From Squalus acanthias (Eukaryota): DNA of 64,000 nucleotides. This document shows positions 48,796 to 59,326 of the stretch, piece after piece. Made by a program: the position numbers and the translations under genes. The stretch covers positions 166,472,001 through 166,536,000 of the forward strand of contig CM059425.1 in NCBI GenBank assembly GCA_030390025.1, given 5' to 3'. Every line of letters starts with the position of its first letter. The stretch's first letter is position 1. The notes below the pieces were generated by a model that searched no databases, had not been told where the DNA came from, and saw only the letters and a list, made by a program, of their open reading frames with translations.

Positions 48796-50343
48796 GTCCT
48801 TGTACACGAATCACTGAAAGTTAACATGCAGGTACAGCAAGCAATTAAGAAAGCAAATGGTACATTGGCCTTTATTACAAGAGGATTTGAGTATAAGAGT
48901 AAAGGGGGCAAAAATTAGGTTGATTAGCGCCTCCCGTTAGCGCCCTAAGACATTTTGCGGCGGCGTTAAACACTACTGCCACGATTTCCTGCGCTCGCAG
49001 ATCGTGACTGTCGGTTGAGCGTGCAACGTCCCGGTAGCGCCCCGGACCAGATAGTGAGCCGCGCCCCCTGCCTTTCCACCTTCCGCTAGCAATGACAGGT
49101 AGAGGGGAACGTTTTGCAGTCGGGAAGGGGCTGGGGGAGCGCTATTTAAAGGCGGCCGCTTCCTGCCTTTTTTTGTCGGTGACATTTTTGAACCATGCAT
49201 TCTGAGAGAGAGAGAGATTCTGAGAGAGAGAGAGAGAGACTTCTGGAGAGATTCAACGCTGTGTGAAGGAGTTTTGGGTACTAAGCAGCACTTTGCAGGT
49301 TCATTTTGATTTGACCTTCCTTGCATCGATTGAGAAGAGACTATGGGGGCTGCACTCTGAGTTTTTTCCCTGGGCCTCTCCATTGTTCTTTCTAGCAGAA
49401 TTGATGTACAGGTCTGTCCAGGCCGAGATTCAAGGCTGCAATGAGCAGGGTGAGGCTGGAGAGCAAGATCGACCCTCCCCTTTAAGAATTGGCCGGCGCC
49501 AGTGTGTCTGTGTTCCATTGCTGACTGACATCACATGAGCTTCGCCAGCACTCTGAGGTAGGGCCTTGCTCCACGGCGTTAGCGCCTTAAGAGAGGTGTG
49601 TAGCGCCTGATTTAGCGCTCAAATCACCTCCGGGGCGATCAAAGCCAAGTTTGCAGTCGGAGGCGATAATTAGCGGCAGGTGCTAAACTTTGCGCCCGGC
49701 CGATAATTGCGCCCCAAACGGGGCAAAACCGAATTTCTCCCCTAAGCCGTCTTACTGCAATTATATAGGGCTCTGGTGAGACCACACCTGGAGTATTGTG
49801 TACAGTTTTGATCTCCTTACCTAAGGAAGGATATTGTTGCCATAAAGGGAGTGCAATGAAGATTCACCAGACTGATTCCTGGGATGGGGGTTTGTCCTAT
49901 GAGGAGAGATTGAGTAGACTTGGCCTATATTCTCTGGAGTTTAGAAGAATGAGAGGTGATCTCATTGAAACATACAAAATTCTTACAGGGCTTGACAGGG
50001 TAGATGCAGGGTGGATGTTTCCCTTGGCTGGGCAGTCTAGAATCAAGTGTCACAGTCTCACAATAAGGGGTCGGCCATTTAGGACTGAGATGAGGAGAAA
50101 TTTTTTACTCAGAGGGTGGTGAATCTTTGGAATTCTCTACCCCAGAGGGTTGTGGAGGCTCAGTCATTGAATATATTCAAGACAGAGATCAATAGATTTT
50201 TGGATATTAAGGGAATCAAGGGATATGGGAAAAGTGCAGGAAAGTGAAGTTGAGGAAGAAGATCAGCCATGATCATATTGAATGGCGGAGCAAGCTCGAG
50301 GTGCCGAATGGCCTACTCCTGCTCCTATTTCTTATGTTCTTAT
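48796..50343 (+). mobile_element. 5'-truncated CR1 3' fragment nested in PLE-B and interrupted by a MITE
   Basis: LVHESLKVNMQVQQAIKKANG, then after the MITE LLQLYRALVRPHLEYC..LEFRRMRGDLIETYKI; tail TTCTTATGTTCTTAT. Confidence 0.9.
48904..49742. mobile_element. Harbinger MITE, family M2 (deletion derivative of the 62928-type element)
   Basis: TIRs GGGCAAAAATTAGG / CCGAATTTCTCCCC; shares GCGCTATTTAAAGG, (GA)n, TCAACGCT and ATGGGGGCTGCA with 63230-63452. Confidence 0.85.
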
Positions 50344-50452
50344 CTCTCCTGCCTTCCACCCTATCACAGATCTTCCCTTTTGTTCTTTCATCTCCTCCCC
50401 CTTTCCCTGCCTCTGTACTTGCTTAAAACCTGTTACATCTCTAACTTTTTCC

Positions 50453-50488
50453 AGTTCTGATGAATGTCATCGACCTGAAACATTAACT
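50453..50488 (+). ncRNA. Putative minimal hammerhead ribozyme, PLE family B (mutated copy)
   Basis: AGTT-CTGATGA-ATGTC-ATC-GACCT-GAAA-CA-TT-AACT; with 21161-21187 and 23795-23831 gives consensus stem II AGGTC/GACCT and GAAACGTT. Confidence 0.55.
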
Positions 50489-52234
50489 TTGTTTCTCTCT
50501 TCACAGATATTTCTAGCGTTTTCTGTTTTTATATACCAGTTAATGTTGATTGATCTCAAATGACTTCCCTAATTGTAAAATGGTGACTCTGAGCAAAACA
50601 TTGATAAAGGGTTTAAGATCATACATACTTCAGCTTTACATGCAATCCTGAGTTTTACCTCACCTCCCTAACATATGGAGATATAGCAAGAACAATCTGC
50701 AAACCATATTTAATTAGAGAGAAAACTATAGGTTAATGCTTCTGAGTGTGCACTGGTACCGGGGTATCTCACCCACTGCCAGTGCGAATTGAATAATTGT
50801 GCGCGAGCTGACGCTGATTTTTCTACATGTGCTGTCAGTGAGATAACTCACCTCTGAAAATGGTAGCCTCAAAGGTGAAATCAGTGCAGTGTCACATAAT
50901 TCCTTTTTGTTGTTCAGCAGCAAACTTGAAGGACAGAAAAAAAATTGTTGAGAAATGAATTATTTCATTCAAACACATGTAGAAGGCACTTGTCACAGAA
51001 TGTTGCTGATGCACTATAGCCTATGTCATTTTAAATTGAGAAACCTTGACAAACCGGTCAGTGTTCCTGTATCCTGATCAGGCTCTGCCTATATATCACA
51101 CACTTCCCTGTATTTTTGTTCTGTTTTTCTAACTCACCTTTCTATACACACACAGAAATGAATGCACTCAGAAATAATAACACTTTATCATACTTTTCTT
51201 CATGTTTTCACCCAGGTACAAACAGGATTCTTTTTTAAATTAGGCTATGCAGTAATATTTATAAATGTCTACTTACATTTGTGCTGGTTCTCTTCTCAAT
51301 CTTTACAGGTCCTGGCTGCTGTTTTTTCTGCGATTTTTTTAATCCTATTTTTCTTCTCCTGTTTTTTCTCTACTTCTCTTATTCCCCCTGCTAATTTTTG
51401 CCTTGGGAGGCACTTCAATAGTTTTCATAAACAATGGAAGTCCAATAATTTGGGATCTCAGGAATTCCTTGCCCATGTCTATATTCCCATCAGGAATTCC
51501 ATAAAATATAAACCACCTCACCCCAATAGAAGCATCAGTAGCATTCAACTATAATTAAAATAATAATGTAAAACACACCTACCCCTTGTTTAAAAAGCCT
51601 TCAATTTCAATATACCTTACAAAGATTTTTCATTTTATTTTGATTTTAATATCTCTATATTATTCCAATGAATTTCTAACTAAATATGTTTTCATGTTAC
51701 TTGTTGGCTTTCTTGCCTGATGCAGTCATCCAAGGCCATACAGTTGTCAGCTTATCACATTTGGCTCTGAACCAGTTGTTAGGGAAACAAGCTGGGGGAT
51801 GGGTAGGATTGGAAGAATCATCTCGGTTCATTTCACAGAAAGGCTCCCTTGAATATACTTGTAAACTAGTCATGCCCATCCAAGTGCTATCGATATTTCT
51901 TCAATTTTCTTTTTGATTATAAAATAAAATAGTTTGTGAGAATTATTATACACTGTGGGAAAAATCATTAAACCAGTGGTTATGTCTTTTCTGGTTGCCA
52001 AAAGCAGCATCTTTAATAGAGGAGCCAGACCTGCAATGAGAGAATAGCTTGGATGTGTGAAAGGCTGTATAGAGAAGTACCTCTGTGTACGTTTTCATAG
52101 GTGCCATCTCCATCTGAGACAGCAGGTGGCCTACCTGCAAGGATTAGAGAGGGAACATCAAAACTTCTGCTGCTTGTTTTTCCCAATCGTACCTTTTTCT
52201 CTTCCTGAACTGTCTGCATTGAGAGGTGACTGAT

Positions 52235-52685
52235 ACAACAACAACTTGTATTTATATAGCACCTTTAATGTAGTAAAATTTCCCAAGGCTCTTCACAGGA
52301 GTATTATAAGACAAAAGATTTGACACTGAGCCACACAAGGAGAAATTAGGGCAGATGACCAAAAGCTTGGTCAAAGAGGTAGATTTTAAGGAGCGTCTTA
52401 AAGGAGGAAAGAGAGGTAGCGAGACGGAGAGGTTTAGGCAGGGAATTCCGGAGCTTAGGGCCTAGGCAACAGAAGGCATGACCACCGATGGTTGAGCGAT
52501 TATAATCAGGGATGCTCAAGAGGGCAGAATTAGCGGAGCGCAGATATCTCAGGAGGTTGTGGGTCTGGAGGAGATTACAGAGATAGGGAGGGGTGAGGTC
52601 ATAGAGGGATTTGAAAACAAGGATGAGAATTTTGAAATCGAGGCGTTGCTTAACCGGGAGCCAGCCAGTAGGTCAGTGAGCACAG
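52235..52685 (-). mobile_element. L2 3' end fragment
   Basis: (CAA)n start; reverse complement matches 27810-28260 (WLPVKQRLDFKILILVFKSL). Confidence 0.9.
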
Positions 52686-55044
52686 GAAAGAATGAGTGAC
52701 AATTGTCATGAAGCCTCATTACTGCCATAATCCCACTCAGACAGATGGCAAAGATTTGCTGATATGGAAATGGAAGTGCTACATTGATTCTGTTCTGAAG
52801 TTGGTACACTGTTGAGACTGTGGTGAGGCTTGAGAATGTGTGTGGCTAAGGTGTTATACAGAATAATATGTCTGGGTGATCTACAACTAGCCTGAATTGT
52901 ACAAATGCAAGCCCCTGCTTCTCTTTGTTTTTTTTAATAAAGTTCATTTTTGTATCATCTTGCTTGACACCATTTCAGGCTTGATAATGAGATAAGGGTT
53001 ATGCCTGCACAAAGGTGGCCCATGTGACCAAAGTCTACGCTGTACTAGAGACACTGCGGAGGCAGTGGTTTAACACTTCCTTTTACTGTACCTGACCTGG
53101 AAGTAGCTTGAAAGCGCATATCTGAAGTTCTTTTTTTTGTATCATTGTGTTTAGCAGTCTTTCAGACTTTCCCTGTCCATGATTTTGTGACCATTTAAAA
53201 TAAATTTTACACATTCTGATGCAGAGTAGTGCTAACTGTTGGCAAGTTGTTTATGGATTTATGGAGAATTGCAGATGAAACACCCACCAGGAGTCTGAAG
53301 TTAGGAAGTCTGGTGTCGTAGAGTTCTAATAATAAAAAGTACCTAATGAATATATGTTTAATTATAGAAATGATTAATTTGCTGATAATTCTGTAGTGAG
53401 TTGTTATTATTCCCCGTTCCCTTTCCTGATTCGATCCCTGTCAGTGTCTGTGTAAATTTTACTAAAATCATTTTATAACACTTTCCTTAGGTAATATCAA
53501 CTCATATCACAGTGGTCATAAGCTTGAGACTCAGTGATGGCTGACTGCCTGCCAACTAGTGTTGCATGTGTGAGGATTTTTCTCAGACTGCAACACTTTA
53601 TAGGTTATTTCTCTATAAATCAGCACAAAAATCTTACCCCAGAAGCCACAGGCTTAGGATTACTTTACCTCCGAATGCTGGCAGTATAATCACCCTTCCA
53701 GTACAACACTGGGATTCTAAATCATTATCTGAAATAAAAAGAAGAAATACATAGCAGACCAGACAGCACCTGGGAAATGAAATGTTGGCTCGCCAGGCCC
53801 GGAGTTCCCTGGAAACTTGTGCGATTACAGACTGTACGTCATGACACAGGTGTAATGATGTGAACTTTACTCTGCAAAGCACACAGCATGATTTGTATTT
53901 TTATTCAACGGGTTTTAGTGTGACTGGACAATAAATGTGACTGATTAGATGCTTATCTTGATGGTAAACAGTTGCTCAGAGTGAAGGTTTAAATGATGGT
54001 TATAAAATGGTTTATTATTTAAGAGTTATATGAGTAGATAAAGGTACAGCAGGTATATAGTTGCTGTTTAGATCAACTAACAGTCTGTTTTTCAAGGACA
54101 GTGGACAGGCAAGGTAAGGATCAGTCTGTGCATCTCCTGTTCTGTGAGGATTATGAAGGCAAGTAGAGAAAGGCATTCAGTAAGAAGATTAGGGATTGCT
54201 TATAAATCTATGCTGCAATTTAGCTTGAAAAAGCATATAAAAATATATGATTTAAGTGTTTTATCAAAGATCAAGTGAAGTTATTGTTTTATATGGATTT
54301 GTTAGACTTGGATGTGATTTTCCAGTCGGCAGTATTGGGGAGTGGTATCCTGCTTTTGTCACGACCGATAGGATGACATTTTTCCTTTCTCTTTATACAT
54401 TGGTGGAGAGAAACCACTATCAGGGTTCAGGTAATCGGTGAGCTGGTCAAAAAGGGAGATAGAACTAATGACCACCTGTTCAAATTCTCCCTTTTAAGTG
54501 TTTGTTTGGCTTTGATTAATTAGGATGCTCTCCTCTGAGTTAGGAGCTTGTGGGGCATTTTCGATGCAGAAAAGCTGGCGTGCTCCCACCGCACGCCAGA
54601 AGCCGGAGGCTCGCCTGAAAATGGCTAGCACGGGAGACAGCAGCCCTCAGGTGTACTGTGTGACTGGGAGGAGCACTCCTGCTCCTCCTGCCTCCACACG
54701 AAGAGAACATTTTAGAAAAGATTTACCTGTTGGTTGGCGGCTGCTGGTTAGTCTGCCGCAAACGCTGTAAAACCTGATGATCCGCTCAGTGCTCAGTGCT
54801 GCCCAATTTCTGGAAGGGATCCTCAAACAAGCATAAGGCCCTCATTAACATATGCAAAGGGCCTAATGCATGTTTAAGGTGGCCACGTGAGATGTCCGAA
54901 TATCGGCAGGTGGGTTAGATTAAAATCGAGGCTTTCATGTTCAGGTTGCTGACTCCATCTAGGAACATAGGAACAGGAGTAGGCTATTCAGCCCCTCGAG
55001 CCTGTTCTGCCATTCAATTTATCCTCTCCTTCAGAATTCTTTCC

Positions 55045-55652
55045 AATAATTTCCCAGTCGGGGAACACTTCAGCAGTCAAGGACATTCAGCCTCGGATCT
55101 GCGGGTAAGCGTTCTCCAAGGCGGCCTTAGAGACACACGACAATGCAAAATCATCGAGCAGAAACTGATAGCCAAGTTCCGCACTCATGAGGACGGCCTC
55201 AACCGGGATCTTGGGTTCATGTCACGATACATGACGTAGAGTCATCCAGACTCAAGTCGTCGTTGGCTTGTTCACAGATGTGATTTCCAGTAAAAAAAAG
55301 TAAACATTTTAAAGTTTATCGTTTTCCATACAGACTGCAGCTTTTGACACATTAGACCCCCTGTAACCCCACCTCATTGTCTCAGTTGTATCTTGCTATG
55401 TCTTTGATGTGGTGCCTTCCTGGCTGACCTGATTGTTTATCTGCCGAGGTGTGACGAAAGGCAGTCAGGAGGATTAAATGTAGTCGTCTGCCATTGTACG
55501 CTTCACATGCATTGTTCTCTATCTATATATGCTTTGTCGATTTGTATTCCTTTACTTCACCTGACGAAGGAGCAGCGCTCCGAAAGCTTGTGATTTCAAA
55601 TAAAACTGTTGGACTATAACCTGGTGTTGTGCGACTTCTCACTTTTGTCCAT
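55045..55652 (+). mobile_element. PLE family A 3' part: GIY-YIG C-terminus and terminal repeat (duplicate at ~58672-59279)
   Basis: FPVGEHFSSQGHSASDLRVSVLQG..IEQKLIAKFRTHEDGLNRDLGFM; tail with hammerhead core and CTATAACCTGGTGTTGTGCGACTTCTC. Confidence 0.85.
55557..55593 (+). ncRNA. Putative minimal hammerhead ribozyme, PLE family A variant
   Basis: TCAC-CTGACGA-A-GGAGC-AGC-GCTCC-GAAA-GC-TT-GTGA. Confidence 0.7.
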
Positions 55653-55699
55653 ATTAGATAGGAGCAGACTAAGAAAGACTACGAAAAATTCAAAAATGG

Positions 55700-58356
55700 G
55701 TTTAGAATGCATGTACGTAAACGCACAAGTGTGGTGAATAAGGTTGGTGAGCTACAAGCACAATTAGCCGTGTGACAATATGATGTTGTGGCAATAACGG
55801 AAACGTGGCTTAAAAACGGTGAGGACTGGGCACTTAATATTCAAGGGTACAAGGTGTTCAGAAAAGATAGGGAAGGAAAAAAGGGAGGTGGGGTGGCAGT
55901 GCTGTTTAAGGAAGACAGTGTAGTGTTGGAAAGGGAGGTTGTTCTTGAGGGGACAAGGACAGAATCCATTTGGTTAGAGTTGAGGAGCAAAAAGGGTATG
56001 ATCACGATATTGGGGGTATTCTATCGGCCTCCAAATAGTGAGAGGGAGGTAGAGGTGCAAATCTGCAGAGAAATTGCAGAGATATACAAGAGCTATAAAT
56101 TGGTGATATTGGGGGACTTTAATTACCCAAATATCGATTGGGATAATGCTAGGGTAAAGGGAAAGGAGGGGGAGGAATTTCTGAAATGTGTTCAGGAGAA
56201 TTTCCTTGACCAATATGTTCTTGGCCCAACTAGGAAGGAGGCATTGCTGGATCTGGTGCTGGGGAATAAGGTGGGCCAGGTCGACCAAGTGTCTGTGGGA
56301 GAACTCTTGGGTACGAGTGATCATCGTATCATAAGATTTAGATTAGCAATGGAGAAGAGCAAGGAACAATCTAGCGTGGAACTTCTAAACTGGAATTGGG
56401 CTAACTTCAATGGGATGCGAAAGGATCTAGCCAGGGTAAAAGGGAACCAAAGACTGACAGGAAAAACTGTAATGAAACAATGGGTGATCTTTAAGGAGGA
56501 GATGTTCCAAGTGCAGGCTAGGTACATTCCAACAAGAGGGAAGGGTAAGGGAACCAAAGCAAGGGCTCCTTCGATGACGAGGGAGATAGAGAAGATGATG
56601 AAACAAAAAAAGGTGTGTGATGTATGTCAGGTGAATTATTCAAGGGAGAACCAGTAAGTTGAGAGGGGATGTGAAGGCGAAAATAAGATTGGCAAAGAGA
56701 GAATGAGAGAGTAGAATGGCGATTAACATAAAAGGGAACCCAAAAATCTTCTACCGGCATGTAAACAGTAAGCGGGTAGTAAGAGGCGGGGTGGGGCCTA
56801 TTAGAGACAAAGAAAGTGATATATGCTTAGAGGCGCAGGGCAAGGCTAGAATACTCTATGAGCCAGAAATTCGGTTTTCTGGCTTCCTGCGGGTGCAAGC
56901 ATCACGCGCGTACTTGCCTACCGCGCCTGCAGTTGTGCTTTGGGCCCACGAGGACTTCGGGTCCTGGGCCTCCTCCAGCTGCCGGCACGCAGTGCTTGTG
57001 TATCCCAGGGGCGCAGTTAGTTCGAAGCGTCCTCTGGGATCACGTGGTCCATGGAGAGCCAATCCTAGCAGGGCATTTTCATTCATAGATTTGACAGGAA
57101 GACCTGTCAAATCTATGAATAGAGATCGGCCCAAAACCACACTTAAACTTCAAATAAATTTAAAAAAAATCACATTTTTAAAATAACTATAAGTTACATA
57201 AATTAACTACTTTAAACAAAAATTTTAATTTTTGAAAAAATTAATTATACTTTTTAACGGTGCTAAAAATAAACTTACCTTTCTTTAAACCTGTTGAAAA
57301 AATGTTTAAATTGTAATTAATTAACCACTTACCTTGTTAAAAACAGGCCTTGCGCCTCCTTTTTAAAAGTGCAGCTTCTTCATACTTACCTTCCCGGAGA
57401 AACCTGAAAAAAAACCTGAAGTTCGCTGCGTGCGCGCAGCCTCTCCCGCGCACGCGTTCAACTTCTGAACCCCTCCCTTCAGGGGAACGGAAGTTCCAGT
57501 TTCCCGCGCATGCGCAGTGCATGCAGGAAACCGGCACTTCAGGTGGCCTTACGGGTTAGTACACAGTGTGTACTCACCCGACAACAGCCGAATTTCTGGC
57601 CCAATGAATACTTTGTATCGGTGTTTACTACGGAGGTGGATGCTGACAAAATATCGGTAGAAGTGAAAAAGGTAGAAGCAATGGAAGGGGTGAAAATTGA
57701 TAGACAGGATGTACTAGAAAGGCTGGGTATGCTTAGAGTGGATCAGTCGCCTGGTCCAGATGGCTTGCATCCCAGGTTGCTAAGGGAATTGGGGGAGGAG
57801 ATAGCGGAAGGGCTTGCAATATTTTTCCAATCTTCCCTAGATGTGGGGGAGGTGCCTGAGGATTGGAAAGTGGCAAATGTGACACCATTGTTCAAGAAAG
57901 GGTGTAAGGACAATTCTAGTAACTACAGGCCGGTCAGTTTAACATCAGTGGTGGGTAAAGTTTTAGAAACAATAATCAAGGAAAAAATTAACAGGCATTT
58001 GGAGAGGTTTAAGCTAATTAAGGAGAGCCAATATGGGTTTGTAAAAGGAAGATCGTGTTTGACTAATCAAATTGAATTTTTTGATGAAGTAACAGAGAGG
58101 ATTGATGAAGGGAATGCAATGGATGTTGTTTACATGGATTTTTGGAAGGTATTTGACAAAGTACCACATAGAAGGCTGGTTAACAAAATTGAAGCTCGTG
58201 GAATAAATAGGTGGGTCAGTGGCAGCTTGGATAAAGAATTGGCTTAAGGACAGAAAACAGCGAATTGTGGTAAATGGCTGTTTTTCAGACTGGAGGATGG
58301 TAGACAGTGGTGTTCCCCAAGGGCCACTGCTTCTTTTGATATATATAAATGACCTG
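55700..58356 (+). mobile_element. CR1 LINE ORF2 (APE endonuclease to mid-RT), truncated at the duplication junction
   Basis: AITETWL, GYKVFRKDR..GGGVA, YRPP, GDFN, PTR..LDLV, SDH, GPDGLHPR, NYRPVSLTS, GVPQG, IYINDL. Confidence 0.95.
56860..57602. mobile_element. Harbinger-type MITE, family M1, inserted in CR1
   Basis: TIRs GAGCCAGAAATTCGG / CCGAATTTCTGGCCC; flanks TAT/AAT; removal restores CR1 ILNEYFVSVFT. Confidence 0.9.
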
Positions 58357-59183
58357 TTGGTTGGCGGCTGCTGGTTAGTCTGCCGCAAACGCTGTAAAAC
58401 CTGATGATCCGCTCAGTGCTCAGTGCTGCCCAATTTCTGGAAGGGATCCTCAAACAAGCATAAGGCCCTCATTAACATATGCAAAGGGCCTAATGCATGT
58501 TTAAGGTGGCCACGTGAGATGTCCGAATATCGGCAGGTGGGTTAGATTAAAATCGAGGCTTTCATGTTCAGGTTGCTGACTCCATCTAGGAACATAGGAA
58601 CAGGAGTAGGCTATTCAGCCCCTCGAGCCTGTTCTGCCATTCAATTTATTCTCTCCTTCAGAATTCTTTCCAATAATTTCCCAGTCGGGGAACACTTCAG
58701 CAGTCAAGGACATTCAGCCTCGGATCTGCGGGTAAGCGTTCTCCAAGGCGACCTTAGAGACACACGACAATGCAAAATCATCGAGCAGAAACTGATAGCC
58801 AAGTTCCGCACTCATGAGGACGGCCTCAACCGGGATCTTGGGTTCATGTCACGATACATGACGTAGAGTCATCCAGACTCAAGTCGTCGTTGGCTTGTTC
58901 ACAGATGTGATTTCCAGTAAAAAAAAGTAAACATTTTAAAGTTTATCGTTTTCCATACAGACTGCAGCTTTTGACACATTAGACCCCCTGTAACCCCACC
59001 TCATTGTCTCAGTTGTATCTTGCTATGTCTTTGATGTGGTGCCTTCCTGGCTGACCTGATTGTTTATCTGCCGAGGTGTGACGAAAGGCAGTCAGGAGGA
59101 TTAAATGTAGTCGTCTGCCATTGTACGCTTCACATGCATTGTTCTCTATCTATATATGCTTTGTCGATTTGTATTCCTTTACT

Positions 59184-59220
59184 TCACCTGACGAAGGAGC
59201 AGCGCTCCGAAAGCTTGTGA
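59184..59220 (+). ncRNA. Duplicated copy of the putative hammerhead at 55557
   Basis: Identical sequence in the second duplication unit. Confidence 0.7.
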
Positions 59221-59326
59221 TTTCAAATAAAACTGTTGGACTATAACCTGGTGTTGTGCGACTTCTCACTTTTGTCCATATTAGATAGGAGCAGACTAAG
59301 AAAGACTACGAAAAATTCAAAAATGG

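Larger units (their letters stand above)
48325..50532 (+). mobile_element. PLE family B 3' part (GIY-YIG endonuclease and tail) split by a CR1 (PLE at ~48325-48797 and ~50344-50532)
   Basis: FTCTSFNLINCIRCSRCGLLYIGETKHRLGDRFVEH..LEEQH..LQPSGLN; tail with CTGATGA..GAAA core at 50457. Confidence 0.85.

Noticed and set aside
54086..54120. Possible 17-nt micro-exon (TTTTTCAAG..CAAG|GTAAG)
   Set aside because: Good splice signals but too short to distinguish from chance.
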